Assembly (NCBI RefSeq): GCF_009914755.1
Contig: NC_060937.1
Length of the DNA stretch: 64,000 nt
From: the human T2T-CHM13v2.0 reference genome, Homo sapiens
Direction: 5' to 3' (one strand)
In this document: positions 33,506 to 54,498 of the stretch, in pieces
Position numbering within the stretch: position 1 is the stretch's first letter
Layout of the letters: every line of letters begins with the position of its first letter
Program-made: the position numbers and the translations under genes
The notes under the pieces: model-generated
The model's database searches: none
What the model was told of the DNA's origin: nothing
What the model saw: only the letters and a program-made list of their open reading frames with translations

Positions 33506-35018
33506 AGGACTACAAACCTTCTAGAAACTGCCCCTGGAGCCCTCCTCTAAATTCCACACCCAACTCACCCTGCCCTCTGCTGGTCATCAAAGGTATTTTT
33601 TAATGTGTGTTTTCTGTTTTTGCCAGAACAACCTGCCCCAAGTTTCAAGGAGGAGAATCAGGGCAGCTGAAAATACAAGCCGTGCTAATGTGAGAATGTA
33701 ATAGCTGGAGGATATCTCAGAGATGGTCTGATCCCTTCACTTTACAAATGAAAAAAAAAATTCGGAGAAATTCCTTACTTGCTGCTTAATTTCTGTCAGG
33801 ACAAGCTAATTAGCAAGTCCAGTGTGGTTCTTATCATTGCCCACCTGCCTAGTTCAATATCAGATCTAAATGCAACAGAATACGCTCATTGATTCTATAT
33901 GGTTTTCTCTTCCTTGATAAGAAATAAAGATAATAATCTAATTTCTCCTGCTTCCATTTCCTATACTACCCTTTGTGTGCTCAGTAATTACAGATTTTAC
34001 TGAACTCTGTCATGGGCAGTTTTTGGACTTGGTCTAATGGTCTAGATTCTGTTTGGAAGTTTCTTAAGGGCAGTATATCTAGGGGTTAAAACCCCAGAAT
34101 TTAGGGTTAAAGAGAATTGAATTCAGGTTTTAACACTGTCATTTCTACCTATATGGCATTCAAAAGATTCATTTACTTCTGTTACAGATAAAGATAAAAA
34201 TAAGAATTTGCACTTCATGGGTGGTTGGTAGTGGTCTGTGGGTATGTGCATATAAGTGCATGCACTAACTGACACATTATCAAGATGATATCGACAACAT
34301 GTTAGATTTCTCCCATGCTGCCCATCGTCATCTAAGGCAAAGTCCTCCAGCTAGGTATTTATCCTATGTAATAGAAGAATTGGCAAAACTTTTGTTATTA
34401 TTTTCCTTTCTAAATCTAATGATGGAGGCCTAACTAGGAGAGGACCTCATAGTCATCACAGGAGAATTTAAATGTTCTTTTACTGTCATTATCCAGGTGT
34501 AAATGATTGCAGAAATAAGCGCTTACTCACCAGGAGCTCTGATTCTGGACAGAGTGTTCATCCTGTAGTGGCTCTGAAGGTCATCACCTTCTGTTGAAAG
34601 AAGTCCTGACTACAAGGCCGTCTTCTACCCCACAGGTGGCCAATAAGCACCTCTGCGGACGCCTTCCGTTGTCCAGTAATTGATTTTACATTTACAACGG
34701 ATGTGTTATCTTAAACCCTCCTCAGAGGTGCCAGCTAGACAAATGGAATATTTTACAGTTATTTTCGAAAAAGTTTTTAAGCATTTATGAGACGAAGTGT
34801 ATACAGTGCCTCTAAAGAAGGGTCTCTATTCTTCCTCCTTGGATCTTTACATTTACTAAATATAACTTCTGGTCAATACCACACTGGATACAAGATGTTA
34901 TTTACATCCACTTAGGCTGGGAAAAGTGCTCAGCACAAATGTTAACAACCATTAAGAAGGGCTAAAAATAAAAGTGATCTCACTTCCATGCCTTGGGAGT
35001 TTCTCCCCATCATTATCA

Positions 35019-35787
<769 letters not shown>

Positions 35788-38013
35788 TCACTCCCCAGCT
35801 GTGGTGGGGGAGGGTTACTGGGCCCAATATTACCATAGATACATGTGTGCTTGTTTATGTGAATAGGTCTCTTGCTCTGACGGTTCATTTCTTCCCTCCC
35901 TTACTGCCCCTGTAAAGCTTATCATATAATATTTCATGCTAAAAAGTGATCTAATCCTCATTAACTCTGTTTTTTTTCCAGAGTTTTGCATTTTTTTTTT
36001 TGTAATCATTAGTTTATAAATACTGCCCATTTTGCTTTCCATCACAATCATTCCCAGGTGAGTGTAGAAAAAGCTGCATTCAGGAATATGGTAAAATATT
36101 GCAGGAAGATTTATGCCATTTTGATTGGTTTGTTTCAGGTTGCCTGAATTTTTAATACCCCTTTCTTGTCACAGAGAAGAGAACTTTGTTATTTTTGGCT
36201 TTCACTGGAGTTCTCACTTCAGAGTTGGTTAGTATGAGTTTCTGCTTTCCAAGCTGACATGTTTTTTTCTTTTTAGCATCTGTTCCATATACAGGGTGAA
36301 TAGCTACAGGGTTCCAAAACTGCGAGTGAAGCACCTCCTCCACATATTCCTCACTAGCCTGCATAACTGACAGCACTTGGCTGTCTCCGGCCCTGCTGTC
36401 CTAGCTACTCTGCAGCTCTGCCCACCTGATACTGCGCCACTGATGGCAGGCAGTGCTGTTGGGAAGAGAGCAAAGGAAGTGAGTCTGGTGCTGTGAGAAC
36501 AAAGATAATAAAGGTAATTACTAATATGCCTTTAGTGTTTTTCGCATATTTTTCTTACGGATCCTCACACCATCCCTCTGAGAAATATATTATTATTGCC
36601 TCCCATTTAAAAATTCTATATGCATATTTGTATACTTTTCTTTTTAAATAAAGGCAGGAGAGAAGAAATACTCCAGATAGGAGAAATATTCTTTTCTTTT
36701 CTCCTCTTTTGCAGAGAATGTTAAGGCAGGCTCCTTAATTTTGATTCAGAGGTTTTGCATTCAGAAGTAAGTGTTCCTGTCTTGTGTAATCTTTTGCCAA
36801 ATCATCAGCAATGTACAGTTCACACATTGCAGGGAAGCATTTGGGTGCTCCTCCTCCCTTTTCTATCTCTAGAGATACTGTGTAAGCCAAATGCAGCACC
36901 GAGGATCCCAGGATTACTGTAAATATTTTAAGCACATTATGGAGACTGATTATATAGGAAACTGGGGTAAGCAAACTACTCCATGGAGTGAGTGAGTACT
37001 TCTCTATACTGACATTTGGAATCTCATTCCAGATATTTAGTTCAAAGACAGTTGCTTTTTTCACGGTCATGATATGTTAATATCGGGGAGCAGTTCATTC
37101 ATATTCAAAGGAGAGAACAGTGGCCTGGCTGATAATATATTTGGTTACTGCACCATGGGATCAGGCCTCTTATCAGCTATTTTTAGTCACATAATGATTA
37201 TCCTTGTTTAAGTCTCTTCCATTTTCTTTTTGTTGTCTTTATTCTAATGCATTGAGGAAACATAACATTGGTTTTAAAACTGCAGAATTTTTGTTTTTAA
37301 CCCTCAGTAGTTACTGTATATGTAGCAAACTAAGTGGTCTTCTGGGACTCGGCGGAGCGGGCCCTGCTAAGCGTGTAAGATAGTGTGCCGTTTCTGCTAC
37401 GTCCCCTGCCCCAGCGTGCCGTGTCCCCAGGTTACTCTGCTGTCCATTTGTGCTGGAGAGAATAATAGAAATAAACAGTCTTTCTGGGTCCACTCTAAGT
37501 TCATTTTCCTGTTGCCCCTTCCTGAAGCTTGGAAATACATTTATTCAACTCGATTGAACTCTTCTACTGTCTGATTTTCTGGTGTTAGAGTTTGGGCAAA
37601 TTTTCTGGAAGGGAAGACACCAGCGTGGGCAGGCAACTGAGAAGGGTTCTCGGGTAAGAATAAACTGGGCTGGATGCAAACACAGCGATGAGTGAAGATT
37701 GTAAATGAAATGCACAGTTAGGGGCTGTTGTAATACTCCAGGTGTAAAATAATGAGGCCTGAACCCATGCAGCATCAGAGAGACGTGCAAGTCATGATGG
37801 AAAACAGCTGGGTTGCAATCAAGCCATACAAATGGAAACCAGGGAGATGAGAGATGAGGGAGGAGCTCTCCCTGGTCTTGGGCAAGTAGAATTGTTGAGC
37901 TTGTAGCTTGCTTGTCTAATATTTGTCCTTTAGAGAGCCCAAGATACTTTGTACAGAGTAGGCAATACTTTGTAGAGTCAGATTATTGAAGTTGAAGGTG
38001 ACTTTACAGATCT

Positions 38014-38315
38014 TTGCCGCGCAGTAGAGTGGCCACTAGCTGCATGTGGCTGAAGAAATGGTGAGTCATGGTTGAGCTGGGCTGTAACGGCAAAATGTGC
38101 ACTGGATTTCTGAGACTTAGTATGAAAAAGGAAAATAAAACAGTTCATTCATAATGTTTTCTGTTTATTATATATCGAAATAATATTTTGGATATGTGAG
38201 ATTAAATAAAATATATTATTAAAATTATTTTATGTATCTCTTTGTACTTTTTTAGTGCAGCTGCTAGAAAGTTTAAAATTGTATATGTGGTCTGCATTAT
38301 ATTTCTATTGGTGAA
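38014..38315. mobile_element. MER33-like hAT-Charlie fossil
   Basis: ggccactagctgcatgtggct...aaaattgtatatgtggtctgcattatatttctattgg. Confidence 0.6.
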
Positions 38316-39639
38316 CAAATTATAGATCATCTAGTCCAAATATTTTAATTGATTATTTATGGAATTGCAGACTTGCAGAAATAAAATTATCTGACGGTCA
38401 ACACCCCCATTGCTACACAGGGAAACCAAGGTCATGAAAGGTGAAGTTCCAGGGACTTGTCTGGTCTTCCAAGGGTAGTACCAGTGTGAAAGAACTAAAG
38501 CCACGTCTTTGGATTCCCCAAGTATTAAAAAAAATTTGTTTTTCTTCCCTGCCCCCTCCCTCCAGCATTTTTTTCAGGGTTATTTATCTTCCTCTTGAGT
38601 CAGTATCTCCCTCGGGCACACTCTAAGATATCCACCTTCAGTTAATTTTGAAAATGAACTGGGTCATGGCACTAGGAAATACCATTATATTTCTTTGAAC
38701 CTAATCTCTAATAGAATCTGGTTGCTTGCGTCTTTTAGTATGGTCTGATATTATCAGTCAGTATTTATGGAGAGGATCTTCAACACACTCACGATTTATG
38801 ATTAATCTCACTTTTGACTGCATGATAAATCTTAGTGTCCTACACAACAACCTTCTTGAAGACCAGTGGGCGTCTCAGCAGCAATGTTTTTCTTCTCAGA
38901 GACCGGTCATTGATGGGAGTTGAGCACCTTTTAAAGCAATACATTTAAAAATGTGTTCCTGCTACTGCACATTTTCTCCATAACATATTACTTTCTCAAA
39001 TAAGCATGTTGGAAAAATGGAGGAAGTAAATACAAAAGAGAAGAAGTCTGAATAGATAATGTTCAAATACCATTAGGTTGTGAGTGGCTCTGAGTCCTGC
39101 TAGGAAGACAAAGGTAGGTTTTATTACCAGGGGATGCTGCTGGACTTTTAAAATTGTTCAAGACTTTGAGTTTTTAGGCATTTCTTTTAAACTACATTGA
39201 TGAAATTATGGACTGTGATAATAAACACAGTGATGGCAACCAAGATGATACTATGTGATGATTAGTTGTCTGATAACTTGTATCAGTGTGTGGTTACTTT
39301 GATTTCACTCATAATTTGTGAGTCCATATGATGAGAGCTGTGTTGTCTGCAGTCTGTGATATTTTTCAGTGGAGATCTTGGCCTTCTACGCGTGGGTATA
39401 GAGTGTGGCTGAAGAGCCCCAGGGTAGGAGAGCTAGTCCAGAGTTCTGAGACCACCCGCCAGGCTCTTCTACGCAGGATGATATGTTGACAAGATATTAC
39501 AGGGCAATGTCGGCAGTGTTGTGCAGAGGAAGTGGGGATGCCGTCTGTGTAAACATTGTGATGATGTCTGTGTTAACACTATGAATTCAGCACCATAGCG
39601 TCACACCATGATGTCACACTGTGTCACACCGTGACAATG

Positions 39640-41265
<1,626 letters not shown>

Positions 41266-43329
41266 AAGGTATTTTGATAGTATTTTTGCTTACCTTTTTG
41301 AAATTATACATTTAAATTTATTCTTTTAGAGGGTATACTTATATTATGAATATAGTATTTACTTACTTTGTCCCTAACAATGGCTAGAGTTTATTAGTAT
41401 ATATATCCTTTTCTTCTCCATAGTGACCCTCTCCAAACAAAAAGAAGGCAAAAACCTTGGCACAGTTTTACTCCCTACCCCTGACTCTCCCCTACTTTCT
41501 CCCTTGTCACAGTCATCTGAGTTGGTTCCAGAGAGTAATTATTTTTCTCTGGATAACAGGTATGTGTGACTTTCTTTACTCAGCTGTGCTTCCTTGGGTT
41601 TTATTCCCGTTGCTAGAGTAGATCCCTGGGGATCTTTTAGGGAGCATCTGTGAGTGGCCATCTGTCTTATTTTTTTCATGTCCCTAAAAACGCTTTCATG
41701 TCATCTTCACAAGTAAGTGACAGTTTTGCTGTCTAAGGAATTCTAGATTCAAAATTCTTTTTCTCTGGCACCCTGCTTTATTATCTTACTCCTACCCAGA
41801 TTTGCTGATGAGCATAGACATCAGTCTGGTTCTTGTTCCTTTGCAGCTTAGCTATTTTTTTAGTTTTGATTAGTTTTTAATGATATATCTATCTTTGATG
41901 TTCTGAAATTTCAGTACGATGGTTTAAGTATTCCTTTTATTCCATTTGTTGTCTGGTCAACACTGGAAAGATCTTGCAATCTGACACTGGGTCTTTCTTT
42001 TTTGGGGAGAAGTCCTCTTGTCTCATGTCTTCAAGTGTGGCCTTCCATGCATTCTCCCTTTTCTGGTGGCAACTCTAGAATTAGACTGCTCTTGCCACTT
42101 CTGTCTTTGCTCCCAGCTTTCTTAATTTTCCTTAAATCTCTTTGTGCCCCATTTTTGAAGAATTCTTGTCTTTGTCTTCGTGTTTGGTAATTCGCTCTTC
42201 AGCTTTGTTTTGCGTTGTTTTGTTTTTATCCTTTCCAGTTCATAGTATCTATCAAGTTTTTATTTCAACAATTATTTTTTTTCTTGGAAAGATCTCTAAC
42301 TGACTCTTTTTTCATAACAGCCTAGTATTGCTTCATGTATTGAATATGCACCCATTTCCTGGAGGTTCTGAATTACACTTATTTAAAAATCTTTTTCTGA
42401 TTGTTTTGTTATTTAAGTTCTGTTTGCCTCCTCTTTTTCTTGGTGTTCATGAATCTTAAATGTCTTATGATTCCAGAACCCCCATCCCAGTTTTTTGGCA
42501 GTCGGGAGTCCCAGGAGGAGGCAGTGAAAAGCTGCAGGGCTGTGTGACACTGCCTTGAGCAAGTGCAGGGATGGGTGGGACATGCCCCGGGTTGGGCTGC
42601 ACCAGTGGCTGCTTTGCTGAGCTATATTGCTCAATGTTTCTTCCACATAAGCAGCTCCATGTTCCATAAACAGTGGGGAAGCCGTCTCCAAAGGGCTTTA
42701 GTTAGTCTTTTGATTTTCAGAGGGCCAGTGTTTTAGTGGTTTAACCCTTAACCCAGTGTCTTTAGGGACCACATTAGCCATGCAAGGAGTTTATATTGCT
42801 CTTTCCTTTCTTTTGCTGAAATGCCTGCATGCTGGTGGAGGAGGGAAGCCAACTGAGCTGTGCTATTTCATGTGACTTGTGCTGCAGTTTATGCTGAATT
42901 CAGCCCTTTGTTTAGGCAAGGTTATAGTCCAGATGAGTCCAGTCAGACCTGCTTTTACATTTTGATCCTGGCACTTACTAGCTGGGTATCTTTGGGGAAG
43001 TTACCTAATTCGCTCAGCCTCACTTTCCTCCTCTATAAAATGTCAGTAGTAATACCTCCTTCACTGAATTACTGAGACTTAAACAAGATAACATATATAA
43101 AGCACTTCACACTATCTGAAACTTAATAAGTATTACCTATTCATATAAAATTAATAATTAAAAAAGACATTGTTATTATTTTTAGAATAATATACCAGGG
43201 GCATAGAGAGCTGAACCTCTTCCATTTTATTTTGTCTATAACTGGATTGGTAACTTCTCTTCATATAATTCGAATTTCATGTGGATACAATGCCTTTGGA
43301 CAGTTTAATGATCCCCCTGGTGGGCTTAA

Positions 43330-43949
<620 letters not shown>

Positions 43950-44351
43950 TGATGATGGTGCTTCGTTAAACTTAGAGGAACTCAGTCATTATGTAGAGTC
44001 CGATTAACCAACCTCTCCACCCCTACCCTGGTCACTGATGGGAATATTGAGGCAGGCTGAGGTGGCACCCATTCAAACTTGTACTTCAGCAAACTATGCT
44101 AAGCCATGTGGTAGTCTGAAGATTAATAGTGATGAATGGTTCTTCCCTTGGAATCCAAATAGCCATTTCCTCTTCTCTCTAAGAATGAAAGCTATGACCC
44201 CCACATTAATTCCACATTCTGAAACAATTTATTGGTGGCGTTTTTTTCTCTGCCTTGATTTCCCTACAGAACACATCTTCTGGGGACCTCTTGTCAGTGG
44301 ATCCTGTCAATACAGGATTCTTGGTGTTCAACTACTTATTAAAAAAACACA

Positions 44352-44675
<324 letters not shown>

Positions 44676-45395
44676 TCACTTCTCTCTGGACTTTTCTGAA
44701 GATAATTTTCCCACTTCCTTAGCCTTGTTAATATAGAGAACTGGCTCATTCCGTGCTTGGGACTAAGACAGTGAATAACCGGAGAAACATTGCCGAGGTG
44801 ATTCTGCCTAGAAAGCAATCAAGGATTTCCAGGGCAGCGGTGAGCAGCCATGAGCCTCAAGCTGGATGCTTTAGCAGGAGTTTAAATAGCACAAATGGGT
44901 CTGTGCTGCAGGGTCTAAATGGACCTGTCTTTTCCAGACCTGAAACTTTTCTTTCTGCGTGTTTGTACACATTCATCTCTACGCACTCGCTTCTGCTTTT
45001 GTGGGTCACTTTGAGGTGTTCTCAGTCCTAGTCACGTCCTAGGTTATTGTAGCACATTCTAACTATTTCGGGTGTTGGGCTGAGCTCTTGGTGGGGTTCA
45101 CCTGCTAGAGCCTGGGTTTAATGGTGGTCCACTTCTGTCGTTGGGATGTGCACAGCTTCACTGCCTTAGTGACCTCACCCGTCGCTAAAATGGGCATAAA
45201 CGACAAACCCATTTATCAACTTACTTCGAGGCGCACGTAGAGAAATAGGAGAACAATTGGAGTGACTGGAACATTATTTAGAGCTGTAATTTTCTAAAAC
45301 TTGAATAATTTTAGAATTTTCAGAGTTTTTGATAGGTCTTTAAACTTAAAAGTTTAAAGATAGGGGTTTCGTTCTTTAATCTGCAAATGTTTCTA

Positions 45396-45713
<318 letters not shown>

Positions 45714-45955
45714 TCTCTTTACTAGTGTTTTCAGTTATTTTTATGGTGAGGGCTGTTTTGGTTGAGATATTGTTGTGTTACCTTATTTAGTGTCAGAATT
45801 AAGAAAGGAAGGGAGGGAAGGAGAGAAAGAAGGAGGAAGGAAAGAAGGAAGGAAGGGATAAAGGAAGTGAAAAGAAGAAAGCTGGCTCCTGGGGGAGAAG
45901 TCAAGGACACTTCAGCACAGTTCCCAGTTCCTGTGGTCAGGAGAGCTTGTCTCAG

Positions 45956-46414
45956 TGTAGCAGGACAAGCCGCAGACAAAACCCCTCAGACACTGAGTTA
46001 AAGAAGGAAGGGCTTTATTCAGCCGGGAGCTTTGGCAAGACTCACGTCTCTAACAACCGAGCTCCCCAAGTGAGCAATTCCTGTCCCTTTTAAGGGCTCA
46101 GGACTCTAAGGGGGTCCGTGTGAGAGGACCGTGATCGATTGAGCAAGCAGGGAGTACGTGACTGGGGGCTGCGCGCACTGGTAATTAGAATGGAGCAGAA
46201 CAGGACAGGGATTTTCGCAGTGCTTTTCTATACAATGTCTGTAATCTATAGATAACATAACCGATCAGGTCAGGGGTGGATCTTTAACTACCAGGCCCAG
46301 GTGTGGCACCGGGCTGTCTGCTTGTGGATTTCATTTCTGCCTTTTAGTTTTTACTTCTTTCTTTGGAGGCAGAAATTGGGCATAAGACAATGTGAGGGGT
46401 GGTCTCCTCCCTTA
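45956..46414 (-). mobile_element. HERV-E LTR2 solo LTR, antisense to ATP8A2
   Basis: Reverse complement of the 17340-17802 element. Perfect 4-bp TSD TCAG (45952-45955, 46415-46418). Confidence 0.88.
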
Positions 46415-47557
46415 TCAGGAGGGAGCTAAACACGGGAGCAGTGACACGGCCAGCAATGGGCAGGAGGGGAAGTTGGGGTGAGGGCAGGTGTGCATGAAAC
46501 ACAGGCTGAAGGAAATGATGTCTCCACATGTTTGATGGAAAACAGATTCACCAGGGAAGAGAAAGCCAATGGGAATCCAATGAAAGGGTCTTGGGCCAAG
46601 CTCTGTGGTGTGGAAGAAATGCAGCTCTGCAGCAGGGGGATTCAGTGAGCACAGGACCTGCACCCAATAGGAGACTCATCACAATTAAATTACCTGTTAT
46701 AAGGCTGTGATAAGACAAACAAGAACTTGGTCAAGATGGTGGCACTCAGTGAAATTTGGGGGAAGCCAAGGCTGGAAGTAGCCACTGTTTTACTTCCAGG
46801 AATTGAAAATAGGCAAGTTTGGAAACAGGAAACTCTAGCATTTTAGATGTAAGGAGAATCAAATAGAAATTGTTGGGTTTTTGTAATATTAAAGTAGAAC
46901 ATGACTTTGTTGAGTATAATAATTATTTCTGTCATATTTTCCCCCCTAAAATACTGAAACTCTGGGCTTAATGAGGCCAGTAATTGTCAGCCAAGGAAAT
47001 AAGACAACAGGCTGAAAAAAGGCAGCATCAGCACTGGCACAGTCCAAGCACTTTCTGGGAGGTATGCTAAACTGGTCTAGGGTTACTTGGAAATCTTCAG
47101 CCCCTTCTGTTAGTCAGGGACAAATGAACTAGAGCACCGAGGGTGAAATATACGAGTGGTTGACTTAGACACCCTGAGAGGTGTTGAGAAAAGTTGTGTT
47201 TGGTAATTAATGGAGAAATGCATTTGTGAACCTGTTTATCAAATTCAACTTTGGATTGAAGAAGTACACCGAGTAGCTTCACTTAGCTGCTTTTTACTCA
47301 AATCAACAAATATTTGTTGAACATCTTTTGTGTCTAATGTGTCAGTCAGTGACCTGGATTCATAGTTGTGGATGAAGGATGCATAATACTCCATAGTTCC
47401 CATTTCCAAGGTGTTTACCATCTGGCTGGGGAGAGAAGACCTGGACATGTAAAAAGGAAACAGTGAAAAGTAAGCGATGTCCAAGGCAATACTAGAAGAG
47501 ATGCTCACAAGGCATAATTAATTGCTAAAGGAGTTGTGAGGATAAATGAACACTTGA

Positions 47558-47930
<373 letters not shown>

Positions 47931-48284
47931 CATTTTTTTGGCTTTTTAAAAGTCAAGGTTATTAAGATATAATTTACACACAGTGAAATGTGCCCTTTTG
48001 AGGTGTATAGTATGCATAGTGTATGGGTGTATAATGTGGCTTGATGACTTTCACAAATACATAGCTGTGTACAGTCAAGATAGGGATTTTCCATCACCCC
48101 TAAAGTTCTCCCCTGTCCCTTTGTACTCAGTTTCCTTCCCCTCTCCCAGCCCCTATTTACCACTGATCTGATTTCTGACTCTGTAGTTTTGTCTTTCCCA
48201 GAATGTCATACAAATGGAATCAAACAGTGTGCAGTCTTCTTTGTCTGGCTTCTTTCACTTACATACTGCTTTTAAGATTCATCC

Positions 48285-48578
<294 letters not shown>

Positions 48579-49861
48579 TCATCTATGTTGCCACATATCT
48601 CAGTGGTTTCATTCCTTAGGATTACTGAGTTGTGTTCTATTATTATAGGGATGGACTGCAGTTTGTTCATTAGTTCCCCTGCTTCTTTGAGCTAAGTTTC
48701 AAAGGACAGTAGATTTAAATGGTCAGGAGAGAGGGGAAATGGGATAATTGGAGGTAAAATGGCATAAGGCAGAACAGAATGAGCCACTGAGGTGTATCCT
48801 GCTTCTGGGAAGAATCAGTAAATCAGAGAAGATGACTCCTGGATATGAGGCTTCATCTGCATTTTTATTATAAATGAATCCAGCTCAAGCCTTATCTCCT
48901 CCTTCATACTTCAACCTGCAGTAATTTCTCCCTACTCTGAATTTCTATTCATGTGTCCATTCTTCACCCATCTATTCATCTGTCCATCCATCCATCATTG
49001 ATCCACCCATTCTTTCATCATCTATTTTATTTGTCCTTCATTTAACGACCTTTGTTTCAGGTCACCAACGTGCCAGGCACTGACTCACGAACAGGTTAAA
49101 CAAGTTAAAAATCATAATCCCTTTCCCCAAGAAGTTCTTAGGAATCTGCTGGGGGCAACAGCAAGAAAGGTGAAGCTAATAACAGTAACTGTATACTGCT
49201 TTACATCATTGTTTTACTCTCCATGTGTGTCCTTGGGGGCAGGAAGCTCACCTTGCCATCTACTTCAGTGCCTTGAATATCATAAGAGGTCAACAAGTAC
49301 AAAAAATAGCTAAAGCTGCAGCATTGTAGCTTAGTTTTGGCCTTTGGAAAAGAAAGAAACTTACATGTATGGATGCTGACGTTTTTGCCCTTCCAGGAGG
49401 CCATACAGAGGCCGTACAGAAGGAAGGCCACAGTGGGGACTCTTGAACAGGCTGTCTTGAGTGGATGGAGGGTTCAGGGAAAGTCTCAGCATGCAACAGT
49501 TACGTTTTCCTCATCAAGAATATGCGGTTGAAAAAAATGATTTGGAAAATGCCAACAGGCATCTATCACACTTTGATATAAATGCATGCATATAAAAGTC
49601 AAACTATCAGATTCCTTTGCACAGGTGGATGGGCAAAGGCAGCCAATTTGTCGCTGGGTCTGCTTGTTTAGTGCTGAGCTGGTGCAATGTGATAGTGCAG
49701 TGAGCTCAGCCCACCCTGGTCAACAGAAGCTCTCCGGGGCTGACCTCACACGCAGCAATAGATAATGAGCACCACCCCTCAAGTGCCTGATACACTAGTC
49801 AGAAGAACTTTCTGTTTCTTTGGTGCATACTGCACCTTTCCTTTGCACATCAGCACATGTC

Positions 49862-50613
49862 TGTGAAAATAATTTAAAATCTAAGCTGTTGAAACTTTAA
49901 ATTATTTTGAGCCTTAAGGGAATGTGATTTTGGGACCCGAGTCATGTGACAGGCAGTTGTAACCTAGGAGCTGTAACCTTAGTTTCTCTGATCATAGATT
50001 GGCCTTCTTCCTTACCTATATTGTTTTGTAAAATGTTGTAAATGACTAAACAGTCCCATGGAAGACCTCTTCCCTCTCCACTGTTGATCTTCAGTGTAAA
50101 ATTAACTTCCCTCTTTGCTCCCTCACACAGACTTCATGAGTATCACACAGTCTAAGGTGGAATGTTAAATATATTCTTTTAAATTAGAAAAGAAATCAGA
50201 AGGCTTTCAGAAAAGAAAACAAACTGTAACTAATTAAATTATTGTAACTCATAAACTAGCCTTTTATAAAAAAATTTTGTAATCCTGTTAAATTTCTTTG
50301 TTTTCTTCTTACAAAAACAAGACCTTAACTTTGAACTTCAGAGCAGTGACCCCATTTCTCTGGAGCATGTGTTTCTAGGATGCCAATTTACAACTTTTTG
50401 CTTGAATAAACTTTTAAAAACTGGATTCTAAGCCGGGCGTGGTGGCTCATACCTGTAGTTCCAGTGACTTGGGAGGCTGAGGCAGGAGGATTGTTTCAGG
50501 CCAGGAGTTTGAGACCAGACTGGGCAAAACAATGAAGCCTCATCTCTACAAAAAAAAAAACAAAAAAGAAAAATGAACTGGATTCTGATCCTTTTGATTA
50601 TTTCAGGTTGACA
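49862..50613 (+). mobile_element. MER4-group ERV1 solo LTR with an inserted Alu monomer (~50431-50570)
   Basis: TG...CA ends, TSD TGTC (49858-49861, 50614-50617), AATAAA ~50405. The monomer has TSD aactggattct. Confidence 0.75.
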
Positions 50614-50771
50614 TGTCCCTCCAAACCCAAATGTCCCCTTTTCCCTGGGACCCTTCATGGTTGATAAAGATTGATAAGCTTTTCTTTCCCTGAGCCATAT
50701 TGACACTTTATCTGTACCACTTTTTAGTTCATGGATACTTTTTTTTAGCCTTCTCAAATTTATTTACATAC

Positions 50772-51352
<581 letters not shown>

Positions 51353-52250
51353 CCCTATTTATATACTTTTTGACTCCTCTATATAACTTACAGCATCTTA
51401 GGAATCTGAGGTTCATTTTATGTTGTGCATGCCTTGACTATAATACATGCTCAGTACACATTTATTGACAATCTGACATAAGACAGTGGGGTTAGCTGGG
51501 AAGGGTCCAGAGTTCTGCATCAGGTAGACTGAGGTTGAATCTTGAACATTGATCATGGGATCTTGGGAAAACTATGAAACTTATCCAAGACTCAGTGTAG
51601 TAACCTATAAAACAGGAATATTATCTTAGGATCAATGAGAGGAACTGCAAACTGCCTAGCTTTTGATAGTTATTCTATAAGTACTGTTTTATTGTCCTGG
51701 TTGTTTTAAAAAAATGAAGTGAATGATCACTGTAACTGTCATCACCTTGTAAGTGCATCTTTAAAGCAGGTTGTAAAGATTCTGATGGATGGTTTCAGTA
51801 TTTTAGGTGGAGTTTACAGCCTGTAGATGAGCTTGGCTTGTTCTCTATAGTGTGATTAGACATGTCTGCCTGTTCTGGCCATTGGTAGGCTGAGAGTCTA
51901 GTGGAAGGAGAGCTCATTACTGGCTAGCAGTGATGCAGGGAAGTTGGATTCAGGCAGGCATCAACAAAGATGTTGCTCAGGATAATTCATTAAGACATAA
52001 ACTTGCTTTGTGTAATTTTTGGTATCTGTGTTTTACTTAACAATAGAAAACAAAATAAAAGAAGCAAACTGAAAACCAAGACAAAATAAAACTCCAAGTC
52101 TAACTAGGATGTGGCAGGCTGAATCCAGGCTGTGCCCCCGAGCCTGAGGGGCAACCAACCAGAAGAGGAAGATAAAGACAAAGCAGGAGGCGGCAGAGAC
52201 CAATTGCTGGCCGGATTGATGACATAGGTCAGATCTAGGCTTGCCAGGCC

Positions 52251-52850
52251 TGTGAAGGGGACCATAATATGTCACCCTGAAATATGCCTTTTGGACTAAG
52301 GGTTATTTTGAGCTGAAGGCAATTAAGAAACATCAGATGCAGAAAGGAAAAAAAAAGGCTTACTGTCCTTCCCCTATCTGGCTAAAAACAGAACATAAAT
52401 TTCCATTTGTAAAAGTGTCTCCCTCTCCCATACCAGAAAAAGCACAATAACTCTTCGTCACCTGAGATGACTAGAGTCTTATCAGCCCAGAGCAGTGAGT
52501 GGAGCCTGCATGACAAGCCTTACTAAAGCAGCCTTATCTTCCATTAATTTCCCCACATATTTACCCTCCCACAATTTATTGCCCTTAGAAGCCTTCCCTT
52601 TTCCTTTGTCTTGTCACAGCTTCACAATTTATCATTCTTTGTTGAAGTAGTATGTAAGCTCTCTAGCCTATGTACTTCTTTGGGTCTCTCTCTATATACA
52701 TACAAAGACTCTATGTCTTCCTAAAACTATGATGTCAAATAAAATTTGCATGTCTTTTCTTCTCTTCATTTGTCTTTTTTCAGTTTGATTAGCAGGGCCC
52801 TCGCTCCTGAACCTAGGAGGGTAGAGGGGCAGGGTTTTCCACCCACTATT
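52251..52850 (+). mobile_element. MER34-like ERV1 LTR
   Basis: aatatgcc...ggttattttgagctgaaggcaattaagaaac and 3' gaacctaggagggtagagggg motifs. Confidence 0.6.
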
Positions 52851-53011
52851 GGCATTCTTCTGGTCATCCCTCAGTAGGCTGCTGGTCCATCTGCAATGTG
52901 TCCACTTAGTTACCAAAGCCAGAGATCTTGTCTTGGGCCTGAGGGGGCTTCTGTCTTTTTTAAAAATGCCTTGAGACTCTGCTTGTCATCCTCACCTTCA
53001 GTTCTGTGGCT

Positions 53012-54185
<1,174 letters not shown>

Positions 54186-54498
54186 CGGCTTCTGTCCTGG
54201 CTCTTACCTCTAGGAACATGGCCTAATTTGCCCTTGACCCCGGGTAGCCTGCAATCATGAGGGTGCTCTTGGGTGCATTACTATCTTCATGTTCCCAATC
54301 TTTGCTCTCACGAACTCTATTTTGGGGCTGGAAATTTCATGTTTTTAACACTGACTCTTAGTTGTGGGCGAGCGCCTGCCACTAGCAAGTATGCATTTCC
54401 TTTCCTTTCTACTTTCAGGCTTTTCAGACACATCTATTGCGGGGAGGACTCTAAAAACTTTGCCAATATATGCAATGTTATCAATCCACTGGCATGAC

